From Giardia intestinalis (lineage: Eukaryota), in assembly GCA_000002435.2 (NCBI GenBank), contig CM018789.1: 64,000 nucleotides of DNA, one strand, 5' to 3'. The position numbers and the translations under genes were made by a program. Of the stretch, positions 58,299 through 64,000 are shown piece after piece. Each line of letters begins with the position of its first letter. Position 1 is the first letter of the stretch. The notes under the pieces are model-generated. The model saw only the letters and a list, made by a program, of their open reading frames with translations. It had not been told where the DNA came from and did no database searches.

Positions 58299-61200
58299 TC
58301 ACCAGGGGGCCGCGAACCTTGCGACTTCTCCAATGGTGCTCGCGAGGATGTCTGCGGTGAGCCCGTCGAATTTCGCTGAAAGAAGGCCGGCTACCACGAG
58401 CTGCTTTTCATCCTCGTCGAGGTGTCTGTATCGCTCCAGGGTGTCCAGATCTATGAGGGCGTCTGGATCCCGGCGAGCTCGGCCCTTCTGCTGCATGGCG
58501 CTTTCTGCTAGGCAAAGCATTGCCGAGCACTGCTCGGTGACCTTTATGATGACTCCTATTTGGCCACCTATCGTCGCGTATAGTATGGGAGGATACGGCT
58601 CAATGAGCTGCCGACCAGACGCGTGGCTTCTGCTCGTCGCGACGGCGCTGCTCTCCCTTCGATGGCCTGGCGCGGGGCCGAAGCAGACAACCTGTTCCCC
58701 GACGTAATGGGATGCGACAGTCTTCAGCCCCTGCGAGCTGTGCAGTTTGATGATGTGTATGTACCCTGCGCGATCCCCAACCAGTATCGGTCCGTCGACG
58801 CCTATCTGATAGATGCACGCCGGGATCATCCGCTGCAAGAGCTGTGACTGGATTACCAGGCGGGGCTGCTCCAGAGTAGTGTGCGCAGTCCTTAGCCCGT
58901 CGCTCATGAGCGTCACGCCCTTGAGCATATCCAGTATAGTCACTTGGGAGTACGCCGTGCCTAGCTTCAGAAGCAGCGCAGGCCCGGTGCAGCCGTACAC
59001 CTCCAGCAGCTGGTACTCCGTGCTCATAAACGGCTTCCCTATGGATTGGCCAAAGTGAAGCCCGTGCGTGTCCCTCGTAACGTCCTCTTGGGCCAGGTCT
59101 TTGTCTGTTACCAAGGCAAGGATGATTACGGCGGTTCGCAGCGAGACAGCTACGCGGTGGTTTGTGTAGGGTGCGATGTCGCACACGGTGTTGTTGCTGA
59201 ACAGAAAGTTCGCAACAAGCTCTACCGCATACTCCTCCTTCGGAGAGTACGAGATCTTCATGCTGTAGACTGCTACGAATCCGTCCTCGGCGTCGGCCTG
59301 CTCGGCAGACGGAAGGTTATAACTCACAACAATAAACGGAAGCCTGTCGCTGCGCAGCGGCATGTACTGTAATCCGCTGATGACGGCGTTGTCGGGAAGC
59401 TGCACCGTGAAGACCGGGCGCAAGTTGTACGTGAAAAATCCCAATGCAGCGTACGAGTTCTGGTGCATCAGGGCTTCTGGAATAGTGCTCGTGGGGGCGG
59501 GGTATCCGGGATTCCCTGTGGCTAGTACGTCGAAGGTCCTGGTTACGTTGCTGTAGGAGTAATGCTCTACCGGGCCCTCTTGGAGAGCAGAGATGTCCGG
59601 CTCGTCTGCTCCTTCTCCGACCTCTCCTGTCATCAGATTGACAACTGATGCGGTCTTGTTGATTCCCCCGCAAGTAGTCGACTGGTTGGTTCCTCCGCCC
59701 GAAGATAGAGGGCGTAGAGAGTGGAACCCTACGCACAGCATTCCGTGGTAGACAATATGGGCGAGCCTTCTTGGGAGTCCTGGCAACGGAGCACTTGAGC
59801 AAATGATGGTCGACGGGGATCTATGCGCTAGTGAGAGCATCTGTTTGTCGGGGTTATAAACGATGTAAGTATCCATACACGTGCACTGTAAGTTACACTT
59901 CTGCTCGTTTTGTTGATTCTCTAGCTGTGCCCGATCAAAGGGCTTAATGTGAGATTGAACTGCTTTCATTTGCATAAGGGGAAAGATAATAGAAAACCTA
60001 TCAATGCAGCTAAATATCTCGACGAGAATGTCCACTTTCTCACTCACAAATGAAAGGGGACTTCTTGTACAACCAGACACGCGCTTCTCGGTTTCAGTTC
60101 TGTCTGAAGGATAAGGTTTCGGTCCGAGAGATCTCTCCGGCTGTCGATTCAAAGAAATATGCATCACAGCATTTCTCGACTTAGAAGAAAGATACAGCTC
60201 TGCATCGTCCGAATGGAGGCTGTTAGCTGAAGATCCTATTGACTTAATAACTGATAAATATACAACCTCTCCACAAGAAAATCTGTACGTGTACATTTTG
60301 TCACAAACAAAATAGACTTGCTTACCTGTGCAACCTTTTCCTATTACATATACATGCACTGTACCTTCAAGGGAAAGCATAACCAAGCAGTTTGGGCCTA
60401 TAAATCTAAGCTCGGATGGAGTTGATAGTTTAAGAGCAGCACTATGAGAGTAAGGACAAGCCGCAAATCGAACGTCTGTGCACTCAGATTCACCCATGGG
60501 ACCTTGGAGATCCCCTGACTTGAGCTGCACTAAAAGGGAAATATCATCTACCGATTGAACAGATGATCCTGCAAGTATACTAGAAAGAGTGCTATCCTCT
60601 AGGATACATCTGGCATTTTCGTCTGTGCTGGAGCGACTGGTATGGGGCCCAGGCGAAGAATGAGCGTTGCGCGGGGGAACATAAAGAATGTCTCCGGATG
60701 GATAGTCTAGTATGTGCCGCAAATCCATGTCCAACAAAAAAACGTAAGGGACACCCAAACAGCACACGGAAACACAGCCTTCATCAGATACAGCAATGGA
60801 GTATATAGTAAATGTGACCTGACCACTGTGATGAAGAAAGGCATCAGAGATAGAAAACTTTTTGTATCTAATGGCCTCCAACATGTGATCTTTCAAGGTA
60901 AATCGAGATGTAATAATTGCTCCGTTAGAGAGAGCGATTGCAATATTACGTCCATTAAGCGACACCGCCAAAGCAGTAATAGTAACTGTATCAAAATACG
61001 TTTGAGGCAGCTGGTTAAATGTGGAGGCCTCCTCTTTGGTAAAACACGATGGTGATCCAGAAAGAAAGTCCTTAATAGTAGTGGAATAGACCACAGTGAG
61101 CAGCTTATCGGAATCTATATCTAGCTCGAGAACAAAAAGGCTAGATACAGATCTCATAAGAACAAAAGTAGACGAGGTCACTTTTTGAAGGTCGGGTGGA

Positions 61201-63179
61201 TTACTACAGGCACAAATTGGATATGATTCAAAATCGTATAAACTGAGTGGCAGAGGTGCTCGATTAAACAGTTTGAGCCTGAGCTTATTATCATACAAAT
61301 ACTGGAGAATAACAGAGCCAAACTTTCCACACTCTTGATTATGTATCCGTAAAAGAAGCGTATTTGAAGAGAACTTTGTAATAGATAAAACTCCAGGCAA
61401 GTAAATTGGAGAGCTAAGTTTATGAGAAAACTGTCTCTGATAAACGTTGATCGATCCGGAATTATCAGACCCACTGATAGTGCAAATTGCCGACTCGGCA
61501 GAAAGAGCTATATTGGCAAGTGTATTGTACGCTTGAACTTTCGATTGTACGACTCTAGAATACTTTGTTTGCCGAAAGGCCCACTGCATTAGATCATCCA
61601 GGCTATTGAGAGAAGTATTATCTGCCGAAGTATTAATTTGAAAGGTGCGTTGTCTAGAACAAGATGAGAGAGAAGCATATGGACGCTTTCTTCGTATACT
61701 ATTGTCAAGGGATCCAAGTGTAGATCCCATTAGACGAACAAAGTAATCAATGTCCGTACTCGGGGACCAATCAGAAGAAAAAAGCGGTGTTTCAAGGCGG
61801 AGGTAGGTGTATTCAAAAGGTTCGGTAGCACGAACAGACACGTAGCAAATATCAACTATTGGTCCCTTATGGGTTATCTGCGCCAGAATCAAAGGTGTGC
61901 CGCATTTAAGCTGTGAATTACTTGCCAAAATATTCGATGAAAGATGCTGAAATGTCCGTGATTCAATGGGCTCTGCTTGGTGGCCTGTACTTCCTGATTC
62001 TTCTGGAACAGTCTCATCCCCCAGCTCGCAATGATTCTCTCGACCAATAGTTCTGTTAACCGTAGCCAAACTATCGGAAACACCAAGTGTGTCTTTAAGT
62101 GAAAAAGAAAAATGTTTGCACTTATTCCAATCAACGTAAAGTAGTAGTGACGGACCACTATAACTGCAAAGGAAAAGTACGTCGGATCTGATGAGTACGC
62201 TGTACACTGACGAGGAAACAAGGCCCCAATAACGTATAACAAGAGGCGGTGTCTGTGCTGTCTGTCGTTTGGAGTCATCAACAAGTAGTATCTCCAGTAA
62301 AAGGCCTGATCTGTCATGCAGAAATAAAGACCGAGGAGGCTCATCCACTAACATGCAAGGATTAGAGAGGCTTGTTGGAGATGCACAAGGATGCAAAATG
62401 GGAGTTACATCTGTGGCTTTTGTGGATAAAACAAAGAGAGAGCTTGGACCAACAACTATGAAGTCTTCGCGACCAAAGGGCCGTACAAAGCAATACTGTG
62501 ACTGAATTGAAATCTTTCTCGTGATCTCTTTTAGCACAGAAGCTTGGGAGGAACTAGGATCGGAAAGAGCAAATATTTGGACGTACATGTCATGAGCTGA
62601 ATCTGCCCACAAAATGGCAAAGAAAAAGGTTGTCGCAGAAAGGCCAAGATCCGCAAGCTTTGCAGTATCCGCAGAAACTGCAATGGACACGTCGACCAAC
62701 TCATGGATAGCCGGTAGACCACGTAGAACTGTAAAGGGGGCCGAATCTTTGGCTGAGTATAGAGAAATAATTCCTGTCGAACTCCAACAGACTACAAACT
62801 TTTGATCTGGAGACTCCAACAACTGTATTCGACCTGGAAAATCGATTTTACGTCGACTCCTAATAAAGACTTCCTTTAGAACAGCATCATGATCCAAAAT
62901 AAGAAGCTCTGTTTCAGAAGAGACAACAATCAAATCACGATGAGTCTGGAGATCCAAAAGGCGAGAGATCTTTCTCATATATGGAGGTAATTGATAAGAC
63001 GTAATAAGTTTCAGCTTTGTACTCCGATTTTCTCCTTCTATTAAATAAACCTCCAGTAAACCAGATCGAAGAAGTACTAAATTCTTGGGCACGCTGCCAT
63101 CTGTAAGGCGGCAACATATAGCTTGGAGTATTGCAGAAGGCTGAACAAGGACATTGTGAGCATATTGGCTGCCACTCAT
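58299..63179 (-). CDS. CPSF160/DDB1/SF3b130-family beta-propeller protein, most like CPSF160; 1626 aa
   Basis: N-terminus YAHNVLVQPSAILQAICCRLTDGSVPKNLVLLRSGLLEVYLIE parallels the CPSF160 N-terminus ([42 protein letters not shown]). C-terminal LIDLDTLERYRHLDEDEKQLVVAGL fits the CPSF_A C-terminal box (fIDGDLiEsFL.l....q..va.L). Size is typical for the family. Confidence 0.55.
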   Translation of the reverse strand: MSGSQYAHNVLVQPSAILQAICCRLTDGSVPKNLVLLRSGLLEVYLIEGENRSTKLKLITSYQLPPYMRKISRLLDLQTHRDLIVVSSETELLILDHDAVLKEVFIRSRRKIDFPGRIQLLESPDQKFVVCWSSTGIISLYSAKDSAPFTVLRGLPAIHELVDVSIAVSADTAKLADLGLSATTFFFAILWADSAHDMYVQIFALSDPSSSQASVLKEITRKISIQSQYCFVRPFGREDFIVVGPSSLFVLSTKATDVTPILHPCASPTSLSNPCMLVDEPPRSLFLHDRSGLLLEILLVDDSKRQTAQTPPLVIRYWGLVSSSVYSVLIRSDVLFLCSYSGPSLLLYVDWNKCKHFSFSLKDTLGVSDSLATVNRTIGRENHCELGDETVPEESGSTGHQAEPIESRTFQHLSSNILASNSQLKCGTPLILAQITHKGPIVDICYVSVRATEPFEYTYLRLETPLFSSDWSPSTDIDYFVRLMGSTLGSLDNSIRRKRPYASLSSCSRQRTFQINTSADNTSLNSLDDLMQWAFRQTKYSRVVQSKVQAYNTLANIALSAESAICTISGSDNSGSINVYQRQFSHKLSSPIYLPGVLSITKFSSNTLLLRIHNQECGKFGSVILQYLYDNKLRLKLFNRAPLPLSLYDFESYPICACSNPPDLQKVTSSTFVLMRSVSSLFVLELDIDSDKLLTVVYSTTIKDFLSGSPSCFTKEEASTFNQLPQTYFDTVTITALAVSLNGRNIAIALSNGAIITSRFTLKDHMLEAIRYKKFSISDAFLHHSGQVTFTIYSIAVSDEGCVSVCCLGVPYVFLLDMDLRHILDYPSGDILYVPPRNAHSSPGPHTSRSSTDENARCILEDSTLSSILAGSSVQSVDDISLLVQLKSGDLQGPMGESECTDVRFAACPYSHSAALKLSTPSELRFIGPNCLVMLSLEGTVHVYVIGKGCTGKQVYFVCDKMYTYRFSCGEVVYLSVIKSIGSSANSLHSDDAELYLSSKSRNAVMHISLNRQPERSLGPKPYPSDRTETEKRVSGCTRSPLSFVSEKVDILVEIFSCIDRFSIIFPLMQMKAVQSHIKPFDRAQLENQQNEQKCNLQCTCMDTYIVYNPDKQMLSLAHRSPSTIICSSAPLPGLPRRLAHIVYHGMLCVGFHSLRPLSSGGGTNQSTTCGGINKTASVVNLMTGEVGEGADEPDISALQEGPVEHYSYSNVTRTFDVLATGNPGYPAPTSTIPEALMHQNSYAALGFFTYNLRPVFTVQLPDNAVISGLQYMPLRSDRLPFIVVSYNLPSAEQADAEDGFVAVYSMKISYSPKEEYAVELVANFLFSNNTVCDIAPYTNHRVAVSLRTAVIILALVTDKDLAQEDVTRDTHGLHFGQSIGKPFMSTEYQLLEVYGCTGPALLLKLGTAYSQVTILDMLKGVTLMSDGLRTAHTTLEQPRLVIQSQLLQRMIPACIYQIGVDGPILVGDRAGYIHIIKLHSSQGLKTVASHYVGEQVVCFGPAPGHRRESSAVATSRSHASGRQLIEPYPPILYATIGGQIGVIIKVTEQCSAMLCLAESAMQQKGRARRDPDALIDLDTLERYRHLDEDEKQLVVAGLLSAKFDGLTADILASTIGEVARFAAPW

Positions 63180-63538
63180 AAAACTTTTTAATGGGTTTAC
63201 TTTGTTTCGGTAAGGTAGCTTTATCTGCTACTGGTTAAATGAATTGTCTTAGACACACTTGCCATTCTGAATACTACATCCTTCCTTTGCCTTCACTTCT
63301 AATATAATGACTATGACAAAAAAGCAACGATTGTCCATAAATACTCTTTGCGGCATGATGTTGCTCGATATGAAGTCCCCCTTTGTATATGCCTTCTCTG
63401 GTATCCCTGCCTAAGTTGTCGACTTACCCGCAACTACAGAATATGTCAATAACCTGTACTATCAAGCACAACGACAGGCGCGTAGCATCACAGGATGCAC
63501 GCTGTACGATGTATTAGAGCTTGGCTGTCCATCTATCA

Positions 63539-64000
63539 ATGTTACTAAAAATAACCTTGACACTTGCAATTGCACTGTCAGCGTGCCAGGAGGGAACTGA
63601 AGCCACTAAGTGCAAGACTGGCAAATGCATTGACATCGGAGGCACGCAATATTGCAGTGAATGTGCTGTTTCTACTGAGGCTCCTGTAAACGGCCAGTGC
63701 GCAGATGCATCGTCTAATACAGCAATATGCAAGGCACACGCAGGCGGAAAATGCACCGAATGTGACGGCGATTCCTTCATGTACAAAGGCGGATGCTATG
63801 AGACAACCAATGAACCAGGACAGAGCATGTGCAAAAGTACTAACAATGCCGGCGTCTGTACAGCCCCCAACGACTCTGGAAAATACTTCGTCCCTCCAGA
63901 TACAGATGCATCTCATCAGTCTATTGTGGCGTGCGGTGACACCTCGGGGATGAGGTACCAGCCAGACGATAGTACTGACAAAGCGTACAACGGCGTGGCT
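63539..64000 (+). CDS. vsp: Second VSP-like / high-cysteine membrane protein gene, N-terminal fragment running off the right edge
   Basis: ATG at 63539 gives MLLKITLTLAIALSA (signal peptide), then a Cys-rich sequence with CXXC pairs and a GGCY motif (YKGGCYETT). There is no stop before the window ends, so the track does not report it. Confidence 0.75.
   Translation, partial: MLLKITLTLAIALSACQEGTEATKCKTGKCIDIGGTQYCSECAVSTEAPVNGQCADASSNTAICKAHAGGKCTECDGDSFMYKGGCYETTNEPGQSMCKSTNNAGVCTAPNDSGKYFVPPDTDASHQSIVACGDTSGMRYQPDDSTDKAYNGVA

Noticed and set aside
1-64000. Prokaryotic defence system, operon or mobile element as the 'novel system'
   Set aside because: Gene content, the VSP hallmarks, the poly(A) signals and the tight gene packing are eukaryotic (Giardia). 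No integrase, transposase, terminal inverted repeat or operon-like co-directional cassette of small genes was seen.

Overview
This is a eukaryotic window, not a prokaryotic one. It almost certainly comes from Giardia intestinalis (G. lamblia).

Evidence for Giardia:
- A complete variant-specific surface protein (VSP) gene on the minus strand at 29542-31197 has many CXXC motifs and a GGCY motif. It has a C-terminal transmembrane segment and ends ...CWWFICRGKA, followed by TAG and the VSP-specific extended polyadenylation signal ACTTAGGTAGTAAAT.
- A second VSP-like gene begins at 63539 and runs off the right edge.
- At least six genes encode N-terminal ankyrin repeats followed by long coiled coils, which is the Giardia Protein 21.1 / GASP-180 type.
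- Genes are packed with intergenic spacers of 14-200 bp, have no obvious introns, and carry A-rich initiators.

The ORF track needs three corrections:
- It omits ORFs cut by the window edges.
- Some of its starts are GTG or TTG, so I moved them to the first in-frame ATG.
- Several large track ORFs are antisense artefacts.

Recognisable genes, left to right:
- RNA polymerase II largest subunit (RPB1), minus strand, truncated at the left edge. It contains NADFDGDEMN, GKRVNY..RSVI and EPATQLTLNTFH.
- Cytosolic-type leucyl-tRNA synthetase (HLGH and KMSKA motifs).
- A DHHC palmitoyltransferase.
- Three plus-strand ankyrin or ankyrin/coiled-coil genes.
- A 111-aa prokaryote-type superoxide reductase (EKHVP...CNLHGCWE).
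- A family-2 glycosyltransferase-like membrane protein.
- A B-box/coiled-coil protein.
- An importin-beta-like protein.
- The VSP.
- A TatD nuclease.
- A 1262-aa AK7-like flagellar protein with a degenerate P-loop and a C-terminal Dpy-30 motif.
- A tandem trio of GASP-180-like ankyrin/coiled-coil genes, all on the minus strand.
- A CPSF160/DDB1-family beta-propeller protein.

Features worth a second look:
- A roughly 1.1-kb very GC-rich island with no credible coding frame, immediately 3' of the VSP.
- A perfect ~431-bp GC-rich direct repeat, 1824 bp apart, inside one coiled-coil gene.
- One strongly GC-rich coiled-coil gene whose antisense strand is stop-free for 4 kb.
- An adenylate-kinase-7 homologue that appears to be catalytically dead.

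I found no CRISPR array, tRNA, rRNA or prokaryotic operon-like system.
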